In this document: positions 48,871-64,000 of the stretch, piece by piece
How the letters are laid out: each line of letters starts with the position of its first letter
Numbering within the stretch: position 1 is the first letter of the stretch
Assembly (NCBI GenBank): GCA_018262195.1
Contig: JAGTRS010000017.1
Coordinates: 639 to 64,638 of the forward strand
From: Pseudomonadota bacterium
GTDB taxonomy: Bacteria; Pseudomonadota; Gammaproteobacteria; Burkholderiales; Rhodocyclaceae
Reading direction: 5' to 3'
Length of the DNA: 64,000 bases
Position numbers and translations under genes: made by a program
The notes under the pieces: model-generated
What the model was told of the DNA's origin: nothing
The model's input: only the letters and a program-made list of their open reading frames with translations
Databases searched by the model: none

Positions 48871-50925
48871 ATGACGACCGCCAATCCCCTGCTCGACTTC
48901 TCCGATCTGCCGCGTTTCGATACCGTTCAGCCCGAACACGTCAAACCGGCCATCGAATCGCTATTGACCGAAGGCCGTGCGCTGATCGAACGCTTGACCG
49001 CCGACACCACCCCGGCTACCTGGAAGGACTTTGCCGGCGCGCTGTCCGATGGCCTGGAGCCGTTCGGCCGCGCCTGGGGCATCGTCGGCCACCTGCACTC
49101 GGTCAATGACATCCCGGCCTGGCGCGAGGCGTACAACGAAATGCTGCCGGAGGTCTCGCGCTTCTACGCCGAACTCGGCCAGAACCTCAAGCTCTTCGAG
49201 AAATACAAGGCGCTGCGCGACAGCGCCGAATACGCCACGCTGAGCGTCGAGCAGAAAAAGATCGTCAACAACGAGGTGCGCGATTTCCGCCTGTCCGGCG
49301 CCGAGTTGCCGGATGACCAGAAGCCGCGCTTCCAGGCCATCATGGAAGAACTGTCGCAACTCTCGGCCAAGTTCGCCGAAAACCTGCTCGACGCGACCAA
49401 TGCCTTTTCCGAAATCGTCACCGACGAAGCCCTGCTCGCCGGCCTGCCCGACGATGCCAAGGAAGCCGCGAAAACCGCAGCCGAAAAAGCCGGCGTCGAA
49501 GGCTGGCGTTTCAGCCTGCAAGCCCCGTCCTACGGCCCGGTCATGCAGTACGCCGACAACCGCGAACTGCGCGCCCGCATGTACCGCGCCTACGCCACCC
49601 GCGCCGCTGAATTCCACGACGGTTCGAGCAAGCCGGAATGGGACAACACGCCGATCATCCAGCGCATGCTCGAACTGCGCGTCGAAGACGCCAAGATGCT
49701 CGGCTTCAACAATTTCGCCGAAGTCTCGCTGGCCCCGAAAATGGCCGACACGCCGGCTCAGGTGCTCGCTTTCCTGCGCGAACTGGCGGCCAAGGCCAAG
49801 CCGTTTGCCGAAAAGGACATCGCCGAACTGCGCGCTTTCGCCAAGGATGAACTCGGCCTGACCGACTTCCAGCCCTGGGATGCAGCCTACGTTTCGGAAA
49901 AGCTGCTGCAAAAGCGCTATGCCTTCTCCGAACAGGAAGTGAAGCAGTATTTCACCGAGCCGAAAGTGCTGGGCGGCCTCTTCAAGGTCATCGAAAGCCT
50001 GTTCAACGTCAAGGTGAAGCCGGATACGGCGCCGGTCTGGCACGAGGACGTCCGTTTCTACCGCCTGGAAACGCCGGCCGGCGATCTGGTCGGCCAGTTC
50101 TACCTCGACCTTTACGCCCGTGAAACCAAGCGCGGCGGCGCCTGGATGGACGAAGCCCGCTCGCGCCGCCGGGTGCTCAACGGCATCCAGAAACCGATTG
50201 CCTACCTCAATTGCAATTTCTCGCGCCCGAACGGTGACAAACCGGCGACTTTCACGCACGACGACGTCACGACGCTGTTTCACGAAACTGGCCACGGCCT
50301 GCACCACCTCTTGACGCGCGGCGAAGAACTCGGCGTTTCGGGCATCCACGGCGTCGAATGGGACGCCGTCGAACTGCCCTCGCAGTTCATGGAAAATTAT
50401 TGCTGGGAATGGGAAGTGGTCGAGGGGATGACCGCGCACGTCGATACCGGCGCCACGCTGCCGCGCGAACTGTTCGACAAGATGCTGGCCGCCAAGAACT
50501 TCCAGAGCGGCATGATGGCCGTGCGCCAGATCGAGTTCTCGCTGTTCGACATGCTGATCCATTCCGACTTTGACCCGAAATCCGGGTTGACCGTGATGGA
50601 CGTGCTCAACGATGTGCGCAAGGAAGTCGCCGTGCTGCTGCCGCCCGCATGGCACCGTTTCCCGAACAGCTTCTCGCACATTTTCGGCGGTGGCTACGGC
50701 GCCGGCTATTTCAGCTACAAGTGGGCTGAAGTGCTGTCAGCCGACGCCTATGCGGCCTTCGAAGAGGCTGGCGATCCGTTCGATGCCACCGTTGGCAAAC
50801 GCTTCCTCGACGAGATCCTGTCGGTCGGCGGTTCGCGCCCGGCCATCGAGTCGTTCAAGGCCTTCCGCGGCCGCGAACCGAGCGTTGATGCACTGCTTCG
50901 TCATAGCGGTATGATTGCAGCCTAA
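48871..50925 (+). CDS. prlC: Oligopeptidase A (M3)
   Basis: NPLL N-terminus, KRGGAWM, FHETGHGLH (HEXXH), SYKWAEVL. Confidence 0.95.
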   Translation: MTTANPLLDFSDLPRFDTVQPEHVKPAIESLLTEGRALIERLTADTTPATWKDFAGALSDGLEPFGRAWGIVGHLHSVNDIPAWREAYNEMLPEVSRFYAELGQNLKLFEKYKALRDSAEYATLSVEQKKIVNNEVRDFRLSGAELPDDQKPRFQAIMEELSQLSAKFAENLLDATNAFSEIVTDEALLAGLPDDAKEAAKTAAEKAGVEGWRFSLQAPSYGPVMQYADNRELRARMYRAYATRAAEFHDGSSKPEWDNTPIIQRMLELRVEDAKMLGFNNFAEVSLAPKMADTPAQVLAFLRELAAKAKPFAEKDIAELRAFAKDELGLTDFQPWDAAYVSEKLLQKRYAFSEQEVKQYFTEPKVLGGLFKVIESLFNVKVKPDTAPVWHEDVRFYRLETPAGDLVGQFYLDLYARETKRGGAWMDEARSRRRVLNGIQKPIAYLNCNFSRPNGDKPATFTHDDVTTLFHETGHGLHHLLTRGEELGVSGIHGVEWDAVELPSQFMENYCWEWEVVEGMTAHVDTGATLPRELFDKMLAAKNFQSGMMAVRQIEFSLFDMLIHSDFDPKSGLTVMDVLNDVRKEVAVLLPPAWHRFPNSFSHIFGGGYGAGYFSYKWAEVLSADAYAAFEEAGDPFDATVGKRFLDEILSVGGSRPAIESFKAFRGREPSVDALLRHSGMIAA

Positions 50926-50949
50926 GCAGCTCAAACGAGGGAGAGAACA

Positions 50950-51438
50950 ATGCGTTACCTGCTCATGCTTTGCCTGGCTGTGGCCAGCACCTGCGCCCTG
51001 GCCGATACCTACCGCTGGGTCGATTCAGGCGGCCGCACGGTCGTCTCGGATACACCTCCACCGGGAAAAACCAAAGGTGTCGTCAAGAACGGCGAAAAAG
51101 CCGAGGCTGGCGACAATCAGAGTTTTGCCACCAGGAAGGCCGCCGAAGCATTTCCGGTGATCTTGTACACCACGGCCGAATGCGTCAATGAATGCAAGCA
51201 GGCCCGCGACCTGCTGAATGGCCGCGGCGTACCCTTCACCGAAAAAATGCTGCAGACGCAAGCCGAAATCGATGAACTGAAGCAGTTGATCGGTGACGCT
51301 TTCGTACCTGCACTGAAGGTCGGCAACCAGCGCTTCCGCGGCTTCGAAGCCGGCGCCTACGACAACCTGCTCGATCTGGCAGGCTACCCGAAGACTGCCG
51401 CCTACGGCGCCAAACCCTCGGGTGGCTTGAGCAAGTGA
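50950..51438 (+). CDS. Exported DUF4124 plus glutaredoxin-like protein
   Basis: Signal peptide, YRWVD..G...SDTPPP, CVNEC, RGVPF, VP.L.VG. Confidence 0.78.
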   Translation: MRYLLMLCLAVASTCALADTYRWVDSGGRTVVSDTPPPGKTKGVVKNGEKAEAGDNQSFATRKAAEAFPVILYTTAECVNECKQARDLLNGRGVPFTEKMLQTQAEIDELKQLIGDAFVPALKVGNQRFRGFEAGAYDNLLDLAGYPKTAAYGAKPSGGLSK

Positions 51439-52199
51439 AGATCGCCAGCTGGAACGTCAACTCCTTAAAGGTTCGCCTGCCGCATCTGCTCGACTGGCTG
51501 GCCTCGGCAAAACCAGATGCACTGTGCCTGCAGGAGCTGAAACTCGAAGACCACAATTTTCCCCGTACTGAAATCGAGGCGGCGGGCTATCACGTCGCCT
51601 TCTCCGGCCAGAAGACCTACAACGGCGTTGCCCTGCTCGCCCGCGAACCGATTGCCGATGTCGTCTGCGGCAACCCGCATTTTCCGGACGAGCAGAAACG
51701 CCTGATCAGCGGCACGATCGGCGACACGCGCGTCATCGGCGCCTACATGCCGAACGGCCAGGAGGTCGGCTGCGACAAGTATGACTACAAGCTGCGCTGG
51801 CTCGACGGGCTGGCCGTTTGGCTCGGCGAAGAGATGGCCAAATACCCCAAACTGGCGCTGTGCGGCGATTACAACATCGCACCGGATGACCGCGATGTGC
51901 ACGACCCGAAACGCTGGGCCGACTGCATTCTCGTCTCGCCGCCCGAACGCGCCGCTTTCCAGCGCTTGATCAACCTCGGCCTGAGCGACAGTTTCCGGCT
52001 CTTCGAACAACCGGAAAAAACCTTCTCGTGGTGGGACTACCGCATGCTCGGTTTCCAGAAAAACCAGGGCTTGCGCATCGACCACATCCTGCTCTCGAAA
52101 CCGCTGGCTGAAAGCTGCACGGCGGCCGGCATCGACCGCGCGCCGCGCAAGCTGGAGCGCCCATCTGACCATGCCCCGGTTTGGGCAACGGTGGATTGA
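51435..52199 (+). CDS. xth: Exodeoxyribonuclease III
   Basis: SWNVNS, LQELK, YNGVA, GDYNIAP, WWDYR, RIDH, SDHAP. Confidence 0.95.
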   Translation: MKIASWNVNSLKVRLPHLLDWLASAKPDALCLQELKLEDHNFPRTEIEAAGYHVAFSGQKTYNGVALLAREPIADVVCGNPHFPDEQKRLISGTIGDTRVIGAYMPNGQEVGCDKYDYKLRWLDGLAVWLGEEMAKYPKLALCGDYNIAPDDRDVHDPKRWADCILVSPPERAAFQRLINLGLSDSFRLFEQPEKTFSWWDYRMLGFQKNQGLRIDHILLSKPLAESCTAAGIDRAPRKLERPSDHAPVWATVD

Positions 52200-52204
52200 A
52201 GCCA

Positions 52205-52873
52205 ATGGCCGTCACGCTTGACCAGACCACGCTGGGCAATCTTTATCCGGCGCTCGCCAGCCTGCCAGCAGGGCGCCTGGCCACGCTGCTCCAGCCACAG
52301 GCCATCATGCATCTGCCGGCCGGCACCCAGGTTTTCGCCGAACATCAGCCGTGCCAGGGCTTCCCTCTGCTAATCGAAGGCAGCATCAAAGTCATCAAGC
52401 TGGCTGCCAACGGCCGCGAGCTGATGCTCTATCGCGTCGCCCCGGGCGGTTCGTGCATCATCACTTCCAGCTGTTTACTTGGTCACACCGACTACAACGC
52501 CCGTGGCATCGCTGAAACACCGCTCACGCTGCTGGCATTGCCGGTCAAGGATTTCTCGGCACTGATGGTCGAGCATCCGCCGTTCCGCGATTTTGTTTTT
52601 CACCTGTTTGCCGACCGTATTGGCGAACTGATGCAACTGGTCGAGGAAGTTGCCTTCGCGCGGCTTGACCAGCGGCTGGCCAAACTGATCCTGGCTCGCA
52701 ATGAGACAACGCTCAGCGTCACTCACCAGCAACTGGCCGATGAACTGGGCAGCGTCCGCGAAATCGTCAGCCGCCTGCTCAAGGGCTTTGCCGCCCAAGG
52801 GCTGGTCACACTGGGCCGCGAGCAGTTGACGATCACCGATCGCGAGAGTTTGCAAAAACTTGCAGCTGTGTGA
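52205..52873 (+). CDS. Crp/Fnr-family regulator
   Basis: cNMP-like domain, THQQLADELGSVREIVSRLL HTH. Confidence 0.9.
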   Translation: MAVTLDQTTLGNLYPALASLPAGRLATLLQPQAIMHLPAGTQVFAEHQPCQGFPLLIEGSIKVIKLAANGRELMLYRVAPGGSCIITSSCLLGHTDYNARGIAETPLTLLALPVKDFSALMVEHPPFRDFVFHLFADRIGELMQLVEEVAFARLDQRLAKLILARNETTLSVTHQQLADELGSVREIVSRLLKGFAAQGLVTLGREQLTITDRESLQKLAAV

Positions 52874-52884
52874 CTCAGGTTACA
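52869..52884 (+). promoter_or_regulatory. Crp-type operator upstream of the DUF2892 gene
   Basis: TGTGA-CTCAGG-TTACA, one mismatch from TGTGA-N6-TCACA. Confidence 0.65.
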
Positions 52885-52945
52885 TACCGCGTCGTGCTAC
52901 ACCGTTACATTGGCGTCGTACACATAACCTGACGGAGAAAACACC

Positions 52946-53137
52946 ATGGCTGCAAATGTTGGCGGTATCGACAAAATCCTTCGCATCGTTGCTGGCGCCG
53001 GCCTGATCGGCGCAACCGCAGCAGGCATGCTGCCGGTCTGGGGCTACATCGGCATCGTTCCCCTTGCCACCGGCCTGATGGGCTGGTGCCCGGCCTACAC
53101 GCTGCTCGGCATGAACACCTGCCCGATGAAGAAGTAA
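52946..53137 (+). CDS. DUF2892/YgaP-like small membrane protein
   Basis: NVGGIDKILRI...GWCPAYTLLGMNTC. Confidence 0.88.
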   Translation: MAANVGGIDKILRIVAGAGLIGATAAGMLPVWGYIGIVPLATGLMGWCPAYTLLGMNTCPMKK

Positions 53138-53154
53138 TTCGGCACGTTGCCCGT

Positions 53155-53180
53155 AAAAAACCCGCTTCGGCGGGTTTTTT
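53155..53180. terminator. Bidirectional intrinsic terminator
   Basis: A6-CCCGC-TTCG-GCGGG-T6 between convergent genes. Confidence 0.85.
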
Positions 53181-53201
53181 ATTTGGTTAACACCCGCTCG
53201 A

Positions 53202-53969
53202 TCAGCTCAGGTAATTGGCGATCCGCACGTAATCCTCAACTGAAACATCCTCTGCCCGCAGGGTCGGGGTGATACCCAACTCGGCGAAAGCGGCCTCGCT
53301 CAGCAGGCTTTTCATGGTGTTGCGCAGCATCTTGCGGCGTTGCGAGAACGCCGTCAGTACTACCTGGGCCAGCTTTTCCTGGCTCTTGGCATTCAACTCC
53401 GACACGGGCTTCGGGATCAGGCGGACGACAGCCGACTGGACCTTGGGCGGGGGGTCAAAGCTTTCCGGTGGCACATCGATCAGCCACTCCAGATAGAACC
53501 GGTACTGCAACATCACCGACATCCGGCCAAAATCAGCATCACCCGGTTCTGCCACCATGCGCTCGACGACTTCCTTCTGCAGCATGAAATGCATGTCACG
53601 AACGATGTCGACGTACTCGGCCAGATGAAAAAGCAGCGGCGTCGAGATGTTGTAAGGCAGGTTGCCGACCAGCCGCAGATCCTTGCCGATACTGGCGAAG
53701 TCGAAGGCAAGCGCATCGCCTTCGTGGATGGTCATGCGTTCCGGCGTGTGCTGTTTTTTCAGGCGGGCAATCAGGTCACGGTCGATTTCAACGACGTGCA
53801 GGTGATCGACGCGAGCCATCAGCGGCTCGGTAATCGCCCCCAGGCCCGGACCAATTTCGACGACCGTCTCGTCCCGTTTTGGATCAATGGCTGAGATGAT
53901 GGCAGCGATGATGCCGTGATCGACCAGAAAATTCTGACCGAAGCGTTTGCGGGCGACGTGGCCTTTCAT
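53202..53969 (-). CDS. rsmA: 16S rRNA dimethyladenosine transferase
   Basis: [31 protein letters not shown]. Confidence 0.96.
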   Translation of the reverse strand: MKGHVARKRFGQNFLVDHGIIAAIISAIDPKRDETVVEIGPGLGAITEPLMARVDHLHVVEIDRDLIARLKKQHTPERMTIHEGDALAFDFASIGKDLRLVGNLPYNISTPLLFHLAEYVDIVRDMHFMLQKEVVERMVAEPGDADFGRMSVMLQYRFYLEWLIDVPPESFDPPPKVQSAVVRLIPKPVSELNAKSQEKLAQVVLTAFSQRRKMLRNTMKSLLSEAAFAELGITPTLRAEDVSVEDYVRIANYLS

Positions 53970-54954
53970 TTGTTGCTCCTTTTGGCCATGCGGGCCGCTT
54001 CGGCAATCGACTCAAACAGACTACCCGGATCAGCCTTGCCCGTGCCGGCCAGTTCCAGCGCAGTGCCATGGTCGACCGAGGTGCGAATGATCGGCAGGCC
54101 AAGAGTGACGTTGATCCCTTTGCCGAAGGTGGCGTATTTCAATGCGGTCAGGCCCTGATCGTGATACATGGCGAGCACGGCATCGCCTTGGGCAAGGATG
54201 GGCGGCGTAAACATCGTATCGGCCGGATACGGGCCGGATAGCGCCATGCCCTCGGCCCGAAGCTTTTCGAGAACGGGCGAGATGACTTCGATTTCTTCCA
54301 TGCCGAGATAGCCGCCTTCGCCGGCATGCGGATTCAGACCTGCGACCAGGATGCGCGGCTGGGCAAGACCGTACTTGGCGCGCAGATCAGCATGCAGGAT
54401 GCGCAGGGTTTTCTCGAGTACTTCTGCCGTAATCGCTACCGAAACATCCTTCAGCGGCAGGTGTGTCGTGACCAGCGCAACGCGCAGCGGGCCACGTTCG
54501 GTCTCTCCAGCCAGCATCATGACGACAAGCGGCGTGCCGGTATTTTCAGCGAGGTATTCGGTATGCCCGGTGAAGTGCACGCCCGCTTCGTTGATGACAC
54601 CTTTGTGCACCGGTGCTGTGGCCATTGCGGCGAACTCACCGGACTGGCAGCCGGCCAGAGCGCGGTCGAGCAGGGAAAGCACATAGTGACCGTTGGCGGC
54701 ATCAAGCTTGCCTGCCTGCGAAGGAACTGCCAGAGGAATGTGCAGCACATCAATGGTCCCAGCTGCTTGCGGCTGGCCCTCGATGTAATCACGAAGAACT
54801 ACATTCAGGCCGATTTGAGCCGCACGCGCTTCCAGAAGGCTGCGATCGCCAAGGATGACCGGGTACGCATCGCCGTCAATTTCTGCCAGTCGCAAACAGA
54901 GCTCCGGCCCGATGCCAGCCGGCTCGCCGCTGGTGACGGCTATGACCGGGCGCA

Positions 54955-54955
<1 letters not shown>
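53966..54955 (-). CDS. pdxA: 4-hydroxythreonine-4-phosphate dehydrogenase
   Basis: [34 protein letters not shown]; start at ATG 54955. Confidence 0.96.
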
Positions 54956-58862
<3,907 letters not shown>

Positions 58863-58905
58863 TTAAAATCGCGCCATTTTACAACGAACAGAACCCTGCC
58901 CGCTT

Positions 58906-61901
<2,996 letters not shown>

Positions 61902-61909
<8 letters not shown>

Positions 61910-63047
61910 GCCTGGCATCGAACACGTCGACATCCTCATCATCGGTGCCGGTCCAGTCGGCATGACGCTGCATCTGGCGCTGGCTGCTGGCGGTCAGAAA
62001 TCGCTGCTGCTGGATCGCCGGGCTTTGCAAGTTCAGCAAGGCGACCCGCGCGCCCTTGCCCTGTCACACGGCGCCCGCCAGTTGCTCGAACAGATCAACA
62101 GCTGGCCGACGCGCGCTGCAACGCCGATTGAAACCATCCATGTCTCGCAAAAAGATGGTTTCGGCCGCACGCTGATCGACCATCAGGAATACGGCCTGCC
62201 AGCACTCGGCTACGTCGTCCGCTACCGCGACCTGGCTGGCGCACTGGCCGCCAACCTGGCCACCGACGCAGTGCTGTCCGAAGCCGAAATCCTCGACATC
62301 ACGCCGAACGACGACGGCGTCACCGTCTCGCTGCGCCATGCCGGCCAGTTGCGCACCATCCGGACCAAACGGCTCGTCCACGCCGAAGGCACACCCGGCG
62401 ACGACCCGGCCGTCAAGGTCAGCGACTACGAACAGCATGCGGTCATCTGCGAAGTCACCCCGACGCCCGGCCACAACAAGCGCGCCTGGGAACGCTTCAC
62501 CCCCGACGGCCCACTCGCCCTGCTGCCGCTCGGCGACGAGTACTCCATCGTGTTCACGCTCCCCCCGGCCAAGGCCGATGCCGTCATGGCAATGGACGAC
62601 GATACCTTCATCGCCGCCCTGCAAACCCAGTTTGGCCAGCGCATGCGTTTCGCCAAACCGGGCAAGCGCAGCCGCTTCCCGTTGTTTCTTCGTCTGCGCG
62701 ACACCCTGGTCAAGGGCCACGAAGTCTGGATCGGCAACACCGCCCAAACCCTGCACCCTGTCTCCGGCCAAGGCTTCAACCTCGGCATTCGCGATGCTTG
62801 GCAACTCTCCGAAATTTTGCTCAAAAACGGCGTTGACCGTACAAGCCTTGATAACTACGCCGCCTGCCGGCGCCTCGACCGCCGCGGCAGCGCTTTCTTC
62901 ACCGACCAGATCGTCCGCGCCTTCTCCAACGACTTCGGTCCGCTCAAACTGGCCCGCGGCCTCGGTTTGCTGGCGCTGGACATCTGCCCGCCGGCCCGCC
63001 ATTTCGTCGCCAAGCGCATGATCTGGGGCGCCCGCGCCTGGCCTTAG
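61902..63047 (+). CDS. ubiH: UbiH-family FAD-dependent hydroxylase
   Basis: GAGPVG, ERFTPDGPLALLP, HPVSGQGFNLGIRD; pepP-ubiH synteny. Confidence 0.85.
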
Positions 63048-63069
63048 AAAAGAAAAGCTGAGTTTCAAC

Positions 63070-64000
63070 ATGACCGCCCAAGAACTACTGGAAAACCTCA
63101 ATCTGTTGGACGAGAACGAGCGGATCGAGGCCAAACGCGCTTCCGAGGCTGGCAAGTCCGTCCTGGAGAGCATTTGCGCTTTTGCCAATGAGCCGGGCTT
63201 GGGCGGCGGGTGGATTGCATTGGGCATCGTGCGCGAAGAAATGGCACTCTTCCCCGCCTACGAGGTCGAAGGTGTTGCCCATCCCGACAAGATCAGCAGC
63301 GATATTGCCAGCCAGTGCCGCGACAGTTTCAACACCCCGCTACGGGTCGAAATTTCGACGGAAAACATTGACGGGAAGAATGTCGTGGTGGTTTTTGTGC
63401 CCGAGGCTCAGCTTCAGGACAAACCTGTTTTCTTCAAGTCTCAAGGTTTGCCTCGGGGCGCCTATCGGCGGATCGGCAGCACCGATCAGCGCTGCACCGA
63501 CGACGATCTGGCGGTTTTCTATCAGGGGCGTCAGCAGGAAAGTTTCGATGCCGGCATCGTCGCTGATTCGACGCTTGATGATCTTTCACCCGAGGCAATT
63601 GCGGATTACCGGAAATCCCTCGCCGAGGCCAATCCGGATGCGGAGGCACTACGTTGGTCAGACGAAGAGTTGTTTCAGGCCTTGGGCTGCATTCGCCGCA
63701 ATCCAAAAGGCGAATGGCAACCGACGGTTGCCGGCCTGATCCTGTTCGGCAAGCCTTCGGCCCTACGCCGCTGCTTCCCGATGACTCGCGTTGATTACAT
63801 CCGTGTGCCGGGTCGCGAATGGGTACCTGATCCTGACCGCCGTTTCGACACCGTTGAACTGCGCGATCCTCTTTTCCGCCTGATTCGCCGCGCCCAAGCG
63901 GCCGTGCTCGATGATTTGCCGAAGAGCTTCGGCCTGGACGAGGGTGAGCTTCAACGTCAAGACAAACCGGTGATTCCCCTGCGCGTCATTCGCGAAGCAC
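63070..64000 (+). CDS. AlbA_2/Schlafen-domain protein (probable HATPase_c_4 region follows), 3' truncated by the window
   Basis: Hand translation MTAQELLENLNLLDENERIEAKRAS...ICAFANEPGLGGGWIALG...AYRRIGSTDQRC...IREA; open to the window end, so absent from the ORF track. Confidence 0.85.
   Translation, partial: MTAQELLENLNLLDENERIEAKRASEAGKSVLESICAFANEPGLGGGWIALGIVREEMALFPAYEVEGVAHPDKISSDIASQCRDSFNTPLRVEISTENIDGKNVVVVFVPEAQLQDKPVFFKSQGLPRGAYRRIGSTDQRCTDDDLAVFYQGRQQESFDAGIVADSTLDDLSPEAIADYRKSLAEANPDAEALRWSDEELFQALGCIRRNPKGEWQPTVAGLILFGKPSALRRCFPMTRVDYIRVPGREWVPDPDRRFDTVELRDPLFRLIRRAQAAVLDDLPKSFGLDEGELQRQDKPVIPLRVIREA

Overview
GC-rich betaproteobacterial chromosome segment, probably Rhodocyclales/Dechloromonas-like (inferred from gene content, not searched). 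Left to right: (1) 1-7185, minus strand, the promoter-proximal half of an extracellular contractile injection system (eCIS): cap, putative cap adaptor, sheath, two tube proteins, plug, LysM initiator, VgrG-like spike and a PAAR cut by the window edge. (2) 7852-16358, divergent from it across an AT-rich, palindrome-rich spacer, a tightly coupled four-gene operon: metacaspase; a 1805-aa protein with two alpha/beta-hydrolases, CHAT and TPR-like domains; an M15A peptidase; and a multi-TM protein with a TIR/NDT-like tail. This operon is the best candidate for an undescribed protease-cascade system. (3) 16.5-25.1 kb, a signalling patch: YkgJ, GGDEF, a bacteriophytochrome followed by an unannotated decayed heme oxygenase, and an orphan kinase. 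(4) 25.2-45 kb, a Calvin-cycle cluster with form II RubisCO (fbp-prk-tkt-gap-fba-rpe-gph; cbbY; cbbM-Q-O-R). Its two arms share an alignable 69-bp promoter and are split by accessory genes including an atcJABC-like operon. (5) 45-64 kb, a 544-bp inverted-repeat element, housekeeping genes (purC, prlC, xth, rsmA-pdxA-surA-lptD, amgK-murU, pepP-ubiH) and a truncated AlbA_2/Schlafen protein. No rRNA, tRNA, CRISPR array, transposase or integrase was seen. All family assignments are by motif recognition; no searches were run.
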